Shown piece by piece: positions 20,813 to 30,301 of a DNA stretch of 64,000 nucleotides. The notes beneath the pieces are model-generated. The model ran no database searches and was not told where the DNA came from. It worked only from the letters and a program-made list of their open reading frames with translations. This DNA comes from an uncultured Actinomycetes bacterium (GTDB lineage Bacteria; Actinomycetota; Actinomycetes; Streptosporangiales; Streptosporangiaceae): contig CAWHJW010000005.1 of the NCBI GenBank assembly GCA_963829725.1, positions 369,976-433,975 of the forward strand, given 5' to 3'. The position numbers were made by a program, and so were the translations under genes. Within the stretch, counting starts at the first letter, position 1. Every line of letters begins with the position of its first letter.

Positions 20813-23800
20813 TCAGCTGCAGCCACTGGTGGCTCCGCAGCCTTCGCAGACGTAGCAGCTGCCGGCCGGCCGCATCTTCGTGCCGCAGGTCAGGCAGAGC
20901 GGGGCGTCGGCGGTCCGGCCCTGCTGCGCCTCGACCAGCTCCACCGAGCTGTGCGGCTGAAGGCCGGGGCTCCCGGGGCTGCCCGGCTCTGGCTGGTCCT
21001 GGTGCCGCTCCGCGGGCCGCCGCACCGGCGCGGACTGGGCCATCTCCCCCGGGTCCTGCTCCTCCGCGAGCGCGGCCGGGTCCTCACCAGCCAGCTGGGC
21101 GGCCCGCTCGCCGGCGGCCAGGATGCCCATGTCGGCCCGGGTCTCGTAGGGCAGGTGGTCCAGCGCCAGGCGGCGGAACACGTAGTCCAGCACCGAGCTG
21201 GCGATCCGGATGTCCGGGTCGTCGGTGATGCCGGCCGGCTCGAACCGCATGTTGGTGAACTTCTCCACCCACTTCTCCAGCGGCACCCCGTACTGCAGGC
21301 TGATGGAGATGGCCATGGAGAAGGCGTCCATGACGCCGGCCAGGGTGGATCCCTGCTTGCCGAGCTTGAGGAACAGCTCGCCCACGCCGTCGTCGGGGTA
21401 CTTGGACGCCGTCATGTAGCCCTCTGCCCCGGCGACGGAGAAGCTGGTCACCGTCGCGGTGCGGTTCTTCGGCAGGCGACGGCGCACCGGGCGGATCTCG
21501 TGCGGCGAGTGGTCTGCCTCGGCGGCCGCCGCTTCCGGCTTCTTCCTCGCATCGGACAGCGGCTGGCCGACCTTGCAGTTGTCCCGGTACACCGCGAGCG
21601 CCTTGAGGCCGAGCTTCCAGCCCTGCAGGTAAATGGACTCGATGTCCTCGACCGTCGCCGATTCCGGAAGATTAACGGTCTTGCTAATGGCCCCGCTGAG
21701 TGCGGGCTGCACGGCGGCCATCATGCGCACATGACCCATGGGGCCGATCGACCGCTCGCCCATGGCGCAGTCGAATACGTCGTAGTGCTCCTGCCGCAGG
21801 CCCGGCGCATCGACGACATGCCCGTGCTCGGCAATGAACTCGACGATGGCTTCGACCTGCTCGGGCTGGTAACCCAGATTTTTCAGGGCCCGGGGCACGG
21901 TCCGGTTGACGATCTGCATCGAGCCACCGCCAACCAGCTTCTTAAATTTGACCAGAGCCAAATCCGGCTCGACCCCGGTAGTGTCACAATCCATCATCAA
22001 GCCTATGGTCCCGGTCGGCGCCAGTAGGCTCGCCTGCGCATTTCTATAACCATTCTTTTCGCCGAGCGCGAGGCATTTATCCCAAGCCTTATTGGCTTCG
22101 ACGAGGATTTCGGAATCCATTCCGCCGATGGTCTTGACCTGGCGGCTGGCCTCGGCGTGCTTGCGCATCACCCGCTTGTGCGCGGTGGCGTTGCGCTGAT
22201 AGCCGTCGTAGGGACCGACGACCGCGGCGAGTTCCGCGGACCGGCGGTAGGCGGTGCCGGTCATCAGCGAGGTGATGGCGGCGGCGATAGCCCGGCCGCC
22301 GTCGGAGTCATAGGCGTGCCCGGTCGCCATGAGCAGCGCGCCCAGGTTGGCGTAGCCGATGCCGAGCTGCCGGAAGGCCCGCGTGATCTCCCCGATCTTC
22401 TCAGTAGGGAAGTCCGCGAAGGAGATCGAGATGTCCATCGCGGTGATGATCAGCTCGGTGATCTGGCGGAACCGGTCCACCGCGAACGTGTCGTCGTCGC
22501 GCAGGAACTTCAGCAGGTTGATGCTGGCCAGATTGCAGGAGGAGTTGTCCAGGCTGAGGTACTCGCTGCACGGGTTACTGGCGGTGATCCGGCCCGACTC
22601 GGGGTTGGTGTGCCAGTCGTTGATCGTGCCGTCGTACTGGATGCCCGGGTCCGCGCACGCCCAGGCCGCCTGGGCCATCGTGCGGAACAGCGTCCGCGCG
22701 TTCAACGGTTTCCACGACCTCGCCGGTCATCCGGGCCAGCAGGTCGAACTGGCCGCCCTGTTCCACCGCGCGCATGAACTCGTCGGAGACGCGGACCGAG
22801 TTGTTCGCGTTCTGGTACTGGACGCTGGCGATGTCCTTGCCGCCGAGGTCCATGTCGAAGCCGGCGTCCCGGAGGACCCGGACCTTCTCTTCCTCGCGGG
22901 CCTTGGTCTCGACGAACTCCTCGACATCGGGGTGGTCCACGTCGAGCACGACCATCTTGGCGGCCCGGCGGGTGGCGCCCCCGGACTTGATGGTCCCGGC
23001 CGACGCGTCCGCGCCGCGCATGAACGAGACCGGGCCGCTGGCCGTGCCGCCCGAGGACAGCAGTTCCTTGCTGGACCGGATCCGGGACAGGTTGACCCCG
23101 GCGCCCGAGCCGCCCTTGAAGATCAGGCCTTCTTCCTTGTACCAGTCCAGGATCGAGTCCATCGTGTCATCGACGGCCAGGATGAAGCAGTTGTGCACCC
23201 GGAGATTCCCGGAGAGGTACTCACCGCTCTCGGTCTGGATGTCGAAGACCTCCATGGGCCCCAGCGCCTCGATGCGCTCCAGCTCCACCACATGGCGGTC
23301 CGCACCGCCGACTTCAGGCTCCACTTGCAGGAGCGAATCACCCGCGCTGAGGTCGCCTGCCGGAATGAATGCGCCGTTAGCGATATCAGCCGCCCGCCAC
23401 ACGAGGTGGTCGGCGGTGACATCGAGGGTGTAACCCGCCTTGGTGTGCAGCCGGAGCACGTCCTTCACCCCGTTGGCCTTGGTGGCCAGGATCTTGGTCA
23501 GGCCATGCGCGTCGTACACCTTCGTCCCGACCGCATTCTCTGTCACCAGCCTGCCGATGGGCACCAGCCCGGCGGGGGTGCTCACCAAGGCGTCATAGGG
23601 CTGGCAGGCTGACACCTGCTGCGGGGAGTTGGTGCCGACGTTGAACCAGACCGGGGAGTTGAAGCTGAAGATCTGGTGGGTGAGCGCGTGGCACAGCTCG
23701 TGCTCGAAGATCTCGGCGTCTTTGGGGGTGGCGAAGTAACCGTGCTCCCGGCCGGCGGCCACGTACGTGCCTACCACCCGGTTGACCAGCTGCTTGAGGC

Positions 23801-24074
23801 TCCACTCCCGCCCCGGGGTACCGACCGCACCGCGGAAGTACTTGGTGGTGACGATGTTGGCCGCGTTGACCGACCAGAAGTCGGGGAACTCGACCCCGCG
23901 CTGCTCGAAGTTGACGGTCCCGTCCCGCCAGTTGGTCATGACGACGTCGCGGCGCTCCCAGGTGACCTCGTCGTACGGGTGCACGCCCTCCCGGGTGTGG
24001 ATCCGTCCGATCGTGAGCCCCTTGCGCGAGCCCTTGCCGCCCCGCGGCGAGGTCCCGCTCACCGTCTCCGTCAT
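20813..24074 (-). pseudogene. nrdJ: class II (adenosylcobalamin-dependent) ribonucleotide reductase NrdJ, intein-containing, one extra base at about 22703
   Basis: Conserved NrdJ blocks are present: TTKYFRG, FSFNSPVWFNVGT, FILAVDDTMDSILDWYKEEGLIFKGGSGAGVNLS, ASNPCSEYLSL, LLAPTGTIGLMMDCDTTGVEPD, and the C-terminal CLTCGTKMRPAGSCYVCEGCGATSGCS. The frame breaks at ..GEVVETV / NARTLFRTMAQAAWACADPG.. and the length is 3n+1. Confidence 0.95.
23190..23606 (-). other. 139-aa mini-intein inserted in NrdJ (no homing endonuclease domain)
   Basis: The extein sequence NSPQQVSA / CFILAVDD is interrupted by CQPYDALVSTPAGLVPIG...GEYLSGNLRVHN. It has Cys1, a block B TxxH (VTADH), a terminal HN, and a +1 Cys. 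At 139 residues it is too short to hold an endonuclease. Confidence 0.85.
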
Positions 24075-24175
24075 GTCATTCCCCCTTCCGGGATCCGGCG
24101 GATCCCACGCGGGCCGGCCTGGGCCCTGCCGTCGATGTGGGTACTGCTGGCCCGGGCCGGGGGGCCCGGGCTTGC

Positions 24176-24646
24176 TCAGTGCGTCAGCGCGGCCGCATCC
24201 GGCCGCGCCGCGCGTAGCGCGACGATCTCGTCCTCGAAATCCGCCAGTGATTCGAAGCCCCGGTAGACCGAGGCGAACCGGAGGTAAGCCACCTCGTCGA
24301 GGTCGCGGAGCGGCCCGAGGATGGCCAGCCCTACGTCGTGCGACGCGACCTCACCGGACCCCCGGGCCCGGATCGTGTCCTCTACCTGCTGGGCCAGGAT
24401 GGCCAGCTGGTCCTCGGTCACCGGACGGCCCTGGCAGGCGCGGCGCACGCCGCGCACGATCTTCTCCCGGGTGAACGGCTCGGTCGTGCCGCTGCGCTTG
24501 GCCACCATCAGGATCACGGTCTCCTGGGTGGTGAAGCGGCGCCCGCACGCCGGGCAGGACCGGCGGCGGCGGATCGCGGCCCCGTCGTCCGCGGTGCGGC
24601 TGTCGATGACCCGGCTTTCCTCGTTCTTGCAGTACGGGCAGAACAT
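24176..24646 (-). CDS. nrdR: transcriptional repressor NrdR
   Basis: [34 protein letters not shown] is a zinc ribbon, followed by an ATP-cone. RBS GGAGGTGA lies 5 nt upstream of the ATG at 24646. The gene is directly upstream of nrdJ, giving an nrdRJ operon arrangement. Confidence 0.95.
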   Translation of the reverse strand: MFCPYCKNEESRVIDSRTADDGAAIRRRRSCPACGRRFTTQETVILMVAKRSGTTEPFTREKIVRGVRRACQGRPVTEDQLAILAQQVEDTIRARGSGEVASHDVGLAILGPLRDLDEVAYLRFASVYRGFESLADFEDEIVALRAARPDAAALTH

Positions 24647-24691
24647 GCCATCACCTCCGGCGCCAGCCAGGCCGGAACCAAGCTCCGGCCA

Positions 24692-24739
24692 CCACAACTT
24701 CTACGTTAACTACAGCGATGTAACTACTATATGTTGTGG
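24692..24739. promoter_or_regulatory. AT-rich NrdR-box-like operator region upstream of nrdR
   Basis: CCACAACttctacgttaactacagcgatgtaactactatatGTTGTGG is bounded by inverted CCACAAC/GTTGTGG. The element aACTAcTATATgTTGTGg resembles the NrdR box consensus acaCwAtATaTwGtgt. It lies 45-92 nt upstream of the nrdR start. Confidence 0.5.
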
Positions 24740-24876
24740 TCACGCTAGAGCAGACCCACTGCCCTGCGCAAGCGGCGACGCGCCGCCGGCGTGAGTTTCC
24801 CGTGCGGATTTCGCGGGCCATCCGTGCCGCTGCGCGCGTCCGCCGCCGGCTGAGCAGCCGGACGGCCGGGCGGGTC

Positions 24877-25635
24877 TCAGCCCCGGGGCACCCACAGGGT
24901 CTCACCCGGCACCAGGACATTGCTGCTCAGCGCGTTGAACTGGATGATCTTCTGGGACACCACGCGGGGATCGGCCTTCGGCTCGGCCCGCAGCGCGATC
25001 GACCACAGCGAATCGCCCGGCCGGACCTTCACCGCGCGCATGCCCGCCCGGACGGCGCTGGCCGGCACGCCATGATTCGCCGCCTGCGCACCCGTCGCCG
25101 CCATCAGCAGCACCGGGGTGAGGATCGCGGCCAGGATCAGCCCGGCAGCCACCCAGAGCACACAGCGGCCCCGGCGGGTCAGCCGGACCGGCCGGCGGTC
25201 ACGGCCGCGCCGCACGCCCGGGACGTCCCGTCCCGGCACCGCACCCGCCCGTACCGCGTACCGGGCAGGCCGCGGCGGTACCTCGCGCAGTCCCGCGTCC
25301 CGCGGCATCCGGGGCCCCGGCGCAACCGGCCGGGCCATTTCCTGCCCCGGTTCCCCCGGCCCGGGGGCAATCCGCGCGCCCGCCTCCTGCGCAGCCTCGG
25401 ACGGCAGCCCGTCTTGCGGGACCCGGGGTCGCGGCACGGCCCCGGACGGCAGCACGGCTGACCCGCCCCTGGCCTGCGGGCCAGGCGAACCGGAAGACGG
25501 AATAGGCGGTACCAGGGTGAGGCGGGGCCGTCCGCGGCCACCCCCGGTCCCCCGCCGGACGCCGCGGCCGGACTGCCCGGCACGAAGCGGGTGGGTCGCT
25601 GCCCCCGGCCGCTTGCCTGCGCTCGTCACGCTCAT
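24877..25635 (-). CDS. LysM domain membrane protein (SOS-regulated type, divergent from lexA)
   Basis: C-terminal LysM motif VKVRPGDSLWSIAL..IIQFNALSSNVLVPGETLWVP, preceded by a TM helix (CVLWVAAGLILAAILTPVLLMAA). The ATG at 25635 has a GGGAGGG RBS. It is divergent from lexA, as in mycobacteria. Confidence 0.8.
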   Translation of the reverse strand: MSVTSAGKRPGAATHPLRAGQSGRGVRRGTGGGRGRPRLTLVPPIPSSGSPGPQARGGSAVLPSGAVPRPRVPQDGLPSEAAQEAGARIAPGPGEPGQEMARPVAPGPRMPRDAGLREVPPRPARYAVRAGAVPGRDVPGVRRGRDRRPVRLTRRGRCVLWVAAGLILAAILTPVLLMAATGAQAANHGVPASAVRAGMRAVKVRPGDSLWSIALRAEPKADPRVVSQKIIQFNALSSNVLVPGETLWVPRG

Positions 25636-25649
25636 GCCAGCCCTCCCAC

Positions 25650-25665
25650 TCGAATGCACATTCTA
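25650..25665. promoter_or_regulatory. SOS (LexA) box, degenerate
   Basis: TCGAATgcacATTCTA compared with the actinobacterial consensus TCGAAC-N4-GTTCGA. It lies 15 nt upstream of the LysM gene start. Confidence 0.55.
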
Positions 25666-25681
25666 TAGTACAGCAGTTCTA

Positions 25682-25697
25682 TCGATTACGCGTTCGA
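25682..25697. promoter_or_regulatory. SOS (LexA) box
   Basis: TCGATTacgcGTTCGA. Confidence 0.65.
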
Positions 25698-25752
25698 TCG
25701 AATGACTGTACGGTACCGGTGTACCGCAGGGGTGCGACACTTTTTTCGTCCA

Positions 25753-25768
25753 TCGAACAGATGTTTGA
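25753..25768. promoter_or_regulatory. SOS (LexA) box
   Basis: TCGAACagatGTTTGA, 63 nt upstream of the lexA ATG. Confidence 0.75.
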
Positions 25769-25830
25769 GATACTGGAGCGGAAGCGCTACCGTCTGCTCT
25801 GACTCAGCCACCAGATCCGGAGGTCGATCG

Positions 25831-26646
25831 ATGGACACCAACACCGGCGAGGACGGCACCGCGGTCGCGCCGGCCGGCCAGACCGCCACTCCCGAGGCGA
25901 GGCCCAAGGGCCGTCCCGGGCGGAAGCCGAAGGGGACCGTGCCGAGCGTGGTCACCGAGATCCCGGAACAACCCGACCCGGACCACGTGCTGACCTGGCG
26001 GCAGCGCAAGGTGCTGCAGGTAATCCGGGATTCCGTGCAGCGCCGCGGCTATCCGCCCTCGATGCGGGAGATTGGCGAGGCGGTCGGGCTGACCAGCACG
26101 TCGAGCGTGTCGTACCAACTGTCCACGCTGCAGAGCAAGGGTTACCTACGGCGGGACGCGGGACGGCCGCGCACGGTGGAGATCCGGCTTCCGGGACAGC
26201 CCGCGGTACGGCCCGAGGTTGAAACCGACGACGGCGCTGCGGTCGACACCTCGCTCGACATCCCGTCCCAGGAGGCGACGATGGTCCCCCTGGTCGGCCG
26301 GATCGCCGCTGGCGGGCCGATCCTCGCGGAGGAAGCCATCGAGGACATCTTCCCGCTGCCCAAGCAGATCGTCGGCGACGGAACCCTGTTCCTGCTCAAG
26401 GTGGTCGGGGACTCCATGATCAACGCCGCCATCGCGGACGGTGACTGGGTCGTGGTCCGGCAGCAGCCGGTGGCCGAGAACGGCGACATCGTCGCGGCGA
26501 TGATCGACGGTGAGGCGACGGTGAAGACGTTCAAGCGGTCGGGCGGGCATGTCTGGCTGATGCCGCACAACCCGGCCTACGCCCCGATCCCGGGTGACGA
26601 GTCGGCCATCCTCGGCCGCGTGGTGGCGGTGCTGCGCCGGGTCTGA
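25831..26646 (+). CDS. lexA: LexA repressor
   Basis: The ATG at 25831 has a GGAGG RBS. The HTH reads [40 protein letters not shown]. The cleavage site is VGRIAAGGP, with the catalytic Ser in GDSM and the Lys in ATVKTF. Confidence 0.95.
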   Translation: MDTNTGEDGTAVAPAGQTATPEARPKGRPGRKPKGTVPSVVTEIPEQPDPDHVLTWRQRKVLQVIRDSVQRRGYPPSMREIGEAVGLTSTSSVSYQLSTLQSKGYLRRDAGRPRTVEIRLPGQPAVRPEVETDDGAAVDTSLDIPSQEATMVPLVGRIAAGGPILAEEAIEDIFPLPKQIVGDGTLFLLKVVGDSMINAAIADGDWVVVRQQPVAENGDIVAAMIDGEATVKTFKRSGGHVWLMPHNPAYAPIPGDESAILGRVVAVLRRV

Positions 26647-26647
26647 G

Positions 26648-26668
26648 GCCGGGGCGGGCCGCCCCGGC
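26648..26668 (+). terminator. GC-rich hairpin after lexA
   Basis: GCCGGGGCG-ggc-CGCCCCGGC starts 2 nt after the lexA stop. There is no U-tract. Confidence 0.45.
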
Positions 26669-26721
26669 GGCCCGATCGGCCCGCGGTCCCTGCCGGTCCG
26701 GCCGCGTGTTACGGTGCCCGC

Positions 26722-29217
26722 TCAGGCTGGGACGACGTTCACCAGCTTGGGCGGCCGGACGATGACCATCCGGGCCTCCCGCCCGGCCAGCGCCCGGGCC
26801 ACCCCTGGCGTGGCCAGCGCCAGCTCACGCAGCTCGTCCTGGCCGATCCCGGGCGGCACCTCCAGCCGGTCCCGTACCTTCCCGGCCACCTGCACCACGC
26901 AGGTGACCAGGTCCTCCTCCAGCAGCACCGGGTCCGCGGCCGGCCAGCCGGCCAGCGCCACCGACGGCTGGTGGCCCAGCAGCTCCCAGCACTCCTCTGC
27001 TGTGTACGGGGCGAACAGCGACAGCAGCACGGTCAGGGTCTCCGCGGCCTCCCGCACGGCAGGGTCCCGGGCGCCCGGGCCCGAGTCGATCGCCTTCCGG
27101 GCCGCGCTGGTCAGCTCCATCAGCCGGGCCACGGCGACGTTCAGCCGGTAGGCCTCCAGCAGCCGGGTCACCTCGTCGATGGTCCGGTGGGTGACCTTCC
27201 GCAGGGCCCGGTCGCCGTCCGCCGGACCGCCGTCCCCGCCGCCAGCAGCCGCCGCGGCCACGTCGGCGGCGACCCGCCACACCCGGCCCAGGAACTTGAC
27301 CTGGGCCTCGGGCTTCATGTCCGCCCAGTCGATGTCATCCTCCGGCGGGCTGGCGAAGACCATCGTCAGCCGGATGGCGTCCACCCCGTGCGCGGCCAGC
27401 TGCTGGCCCAGATCCACCCCGTTGCCCAGGGACTTCGACATGGCCCGGCCCCGGTTGATGACCTGGCCCTGGTTCAGCAGCCTGGTGAACGGCTCACCGA
27501 AGTCCACCATCCCCATGTCCTGCAGCACCTTGACGAAGAACCGGCTGTACAGCAGGTGCAGGATGGCGTGCTCGACGCCGCCGACGTACAGGTCCACGGG
27601 CGCCCAGCGGCGCACCGCGGCCGCGTCGAACGGCCCGTGCTCATACCCGGGCGAGCAGTACCGCAGGAAGTACCAGGACGAGTCCACGAAGGTGTCCATG
27701 GTGTCGGTGTCCCGGCGGGCCGGGCCGCCGCACTTCGGGCACTCCGTGTTCACCCAGTCGGTGGCCGCCGCCAGCGGCGACACACCCTTGGGGGCCAGGT
27801 CCTGGCCGCGCAGGTCGGGCAGCACCACCGGCAGCTGGTCGTCCGGGACCGGGACCTCGCCGCATGCGGAGCAGTACAGGATCGGGATCGGCGTGCCCCA
27901 GAACCGCTGCCGGGACAGCAGCCAGTCGCGCAGCCGGTAGTTCACCGCGCCGCGCCCCTGGCCGTCCGCCTCCATCATCTCGATGATCGCGGCGATGGCC
28001 CCGGCCTTGCCCAGCCCGTCCAGCGGCCCGGAGTTGACCAGGCTCCCGTCCCCATGGGTGGCGGTCCCGGTCTCGGCCGGGTCGGGTTCCCCGGTCTCCA
28101 CCACGACCCGGACCGGCAGGCCGAACTTCCTGGCGAAGTCCAGGTCACGCTGGTCGTGCGCGGGCACCGCCATGATCGCGCCGGTGCCGTAGTCGGGCAG
28201 CACGTAGTCAGCCGCCCAGACCGGCAGCCGCTCGCCGTTCACCGGGTTGATGGCGTACCGCCCCAGGAACACGCCGGTCTTCTCCCGGTCCGCTGACTGC
28301 CGCTCGATGTCGGTCAGCTTGCGCACCTGGCCCAGGTACTCCTCCAGGGCCTCGCGGTGCTCCGGCGCGCAGATCTCCGCGGCCAGCGCCGAGTCCGCGG
28401 CCACCACGAAGAAGGTGGCCCCGTACAGCGTGTCCGGGCGGGTGGTGAATACGGTGACCGGCTCCGCGTGCCCTTCGATCTCGAACCGGACCTCGGCGCC
28501 CTCGGAGCGGCCGATCCAGTTGCGCTGCATCAGCAGCACCCGGTCCGGCCACGCGCCCTCCAGCCGGGCCATGTCGGCCAGCAGCCGCTCGGCGTACTCA
28601 GTGATCTTGAAGTACCACTGGGTCAGCAGCCGGCGCACCACCTCGGTGCCGCACCGCTCGCACCTGCCTGCGATGACCTGCTCGTTGGCCAGCACCGTCT
28701 GGTCGTGCGGGCACCAGTTGACGTACCCGTCCTTGCGGTAGGCCAGGCCGCGCTCGTGCAGCCGCAGGAACAGCCACTGGTTCCAGTGGTAGTAGGACGG
28801 GTCGCAGGTCCGCAGCCGCCGGGACCAGTCGAAGGACACGGCGTACCGGCGGAACGAGGCCGCCTGGGTCTCGATGTTGGCGTAGGTCCAGTCGGCGGGG
28901 TGGGTGTTGTTCCGGATCGCCGCGTTCTCCGCGGGCAGCCCGAACGCGTCCCAGCCGATCGGGTGCAGCACGTTGTGGCCGCGCTGGAAGTAGTAACGGG
29001 CCAGCGCGTCCGCGATGGCGTATGCCTCCGCGTGGCCCATGTGCAGGTCACCCGACGGGTACGGGAACATGTCCAGCAGGTAGGTGCGCGGGCGGCTGTC
29101 AGCGGGGTCGTCGCCGGCCCGGAACGGGTCCAGCGCCTCCCAGCGCTCCTGCCACTTCTCCTGGATGTCGCGCGGATCGTAGTGAGCTGCCCGCTCGGCA
29201 CTTTCGGCGGCTGTCAT
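26722..29217 (-). CDS. leuS: leucine--tRNA ligase
   Basis: [17 protein letters not shown] is the HIGH-type motif and [10 protein letters not shown] the KMSKS-type motif. Other typical blocks include [12 protein letters not shown] and [16 protein letters not shown]. The ORF is an uninterrupted 831 aa. Confidence 0.95.
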   Translation of the reverse strand: MTAAESAERAAHYDPRDIQEKWQERWEALDPFRAGDDPADSRPRTYLLDMFPYPSGDLHMGHAEAYAIADALARYYFQRGHNVLHPIGWDAFGLPAENAAIRNNTHPADWTYANIETQAASFRRYAVSFDWSRRLRTCDPSYYHWNQWLFLRLHERGLAYRKDGYVNWCPHDQTVLANEQVIAGRCERCGTEVVRRLLTQWYFKITEYAERLLADMARLEGAWPDRVLLMQRNWIGRSEGAEVRFEIEGHAEPVTVFTTRPDTLYGATFFVVAADSALAAEICAPEHREALEEYLGQVRKLTDIERQSADREKTGVFLGRYAINPVNGERLPVWAADYVLPDYGTGAIMAVPAHDQRDLDFARKFGLPVRVVVETGEPDPAETGTATHGDGSLVNSGPLDGLGKAGAIAAIIEMMEADGQGRGAVNYRLRDWLLSRQRFWGTPIPILYCSACGEVPVPDDQLPVVLPDLRGQDLAPKGVSPLAAATDWVNTECPKCGGPARRDTDTMDTFVDSSWYFLRYCSPGYEHGPFDAAAVRRWAPVDLYVGGVEHAILHLLYSRFFVKVLQDMGMVDFGEPFTRLLNQGQVINRGRAMSKSLGNGVDLGQQLAAHGVDAIRLTMVFASPPEDDIDWADMKPEAQVKFLGRVWRVAADVAAAAAGGGDGGPADGDRALRKVTHRTIDEVTRLLEAYRLNVAVARLMELTSAARKAIDSGPGARDPAVREAAETLTVLLSLFAPYTAEECWELLGHQPSVALAGWPAADPVLLEEDLVTCVVQVAGKVRDRLEVPPGIGQDELRELALATPGVARALAGREARMVIVRPPKLVNVVPA

Positions 29218-29257
29218 GGTTCTTCCCTCGGGACGTGAATCGGCTCTGCTCCGGCAT

Positions 29258-29283
29258 GAAAAAGCCCCCCGGTCACGAGGGGC
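29258..29283 (-). terminator. intrinsic terminator / candidate attenuator about 35 nt upstream of the leuS start
   Basis: The minus strand reads GCCCCTC-gtgacc-GGGGGGC followed by TTTTTC. U-tracts are rare in this genome. Confidence 0.6.
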
Positions 29284-29313
29284 AGCCGCGCCAACGACAG
29301 GTCAGCGGCGCGG

Positions 29314-29343
29314 CTAGGTAAGGAGCAGCCGGGCAGAACGCAT
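29314..29343 (-). CDS. candidate leaderless leader peptide MRSARLLLT
   Basis: ATG CGT TCT GCC CGG CTG CTC CTT ACC TAG. A TACCCT -10-like hexamer (29350-29355, minus strand) sits 6 nt upstream of the ATG. Three consecutive Leu codons lie directly before two hairpins and the terminator. Confidence 0.35.
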   Translation of the reverse strand: MRSARLLLT

Positions 29344-29464
29344 GATCCCAGGGTAGCGCACCGCGGCCAGCAGTGCCGCAGGGTAGCGCTCACCCGGACG
29401 ATCCCCTGGCACGAACAGCAAACCCGCTGCTTAACGAACCGATGGTGGCACTGCCCCGCCCCGG

Positions 29465-29872
29465 TCAGCCGCCTGCCGCCGCCGCGGCCAGCTTGGCCAG
29501 CGCCCCCTGCATGGCCTGGACGGGCCCGGCGACCGCCGCCGCCAGCCCGTGCCGGGCGGCGATCCAGGCCGGGTCGTTGTAGCTGAGCCAGGTCTGGCCG
29601 TCGTCGTCGGCCCAGGCGAGCACCTTGAGCGGCAGGTCGATCCCCGCGGTCTGGGCCCCTTGCATGAGCGGGGTGCCGCCGCGCGCCTGGCCGAAGATCA
29701 GCAGCTGGGTGGGGCGGAGTTCCATGCTTACCTCGGCCGCCCCGGCCGCGTGATCCACCCGCGCGAACACCTGCAGGCCGGCCGCCTCCGCCGCCTCGGC
29801 CAGCCGGTCGATCGTCTGGGGGACGGGGTAACTGCTCGGGACGGTGATCAGGCCGTCGGGCATGGTGAGCAC
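29465..29872 (-). CDS. DUF302 domain protein
   Basis: 135 aa: ..VPQTIDRLAEAAEAAGLQVFARVDHAAGAAEV..LLIFGQARGGTPLMQ..GIDLPLKVLAW.. Confidence 0.75.
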   Translation of the reverse strand: MLTMPDGLITVPSSYPVPQTIDRLAEAAEAAGLQVFARVDHAAGAAEVSMELRPTQLLIFGQARGGTPLMQGAQTAGIDLPLKVLAWADDDGQTWLSYNDPAWIAARHGLAAAVAGPVQAMQGALAKLAAAAAGG

Positions 29873-30301
29873 CTCCGTGGTCCTGCCGCCCGCCGCGCGG
29901 CCCGCGGCCGGGCGGCTGCCACACTACCGGGTGACTTTGCGCCGGCCGCGAGGCGGTTAATATCCCTGTGAAATGGGCTCAGCCGCGCATAATCCCATGT
30001 CCCGCATTCGAGTTGACCACCGCAACTGAATCTGAATAAGGTCACCTGCGTTCGCGGCGGCACCCGCACGGGCGGCCTACGCTGCCTGGGCAGGGCGCGC
30101 CTGCGTTCCCCAGCGGAGAGATGCCGGGTACGGTCCGCGCAGGTGAGAACGGGTGGCATACTCCCAGCGACGGGAGTGGCACCCGCTCGCGACAGGCACG
30201 GCCGACAGGCAAAGGCAGCGAAATCGCATCACTTCCGGAGAAACAATGGACGTTGCGGGGCGAGCATGGAGTTCCCGTGACCTGGACAGAGACAATGGCT
30301 G

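Noticed and set aside
29218-29464. T-box riboswitch in the leuS leader
   Set aside because: There is no specifier-loop/T-box architecture. The only T-box-like string (GGTGGCACTGCC, 29444-29455) is on the wrong strand for leuS. The leader-peptide model fits better.
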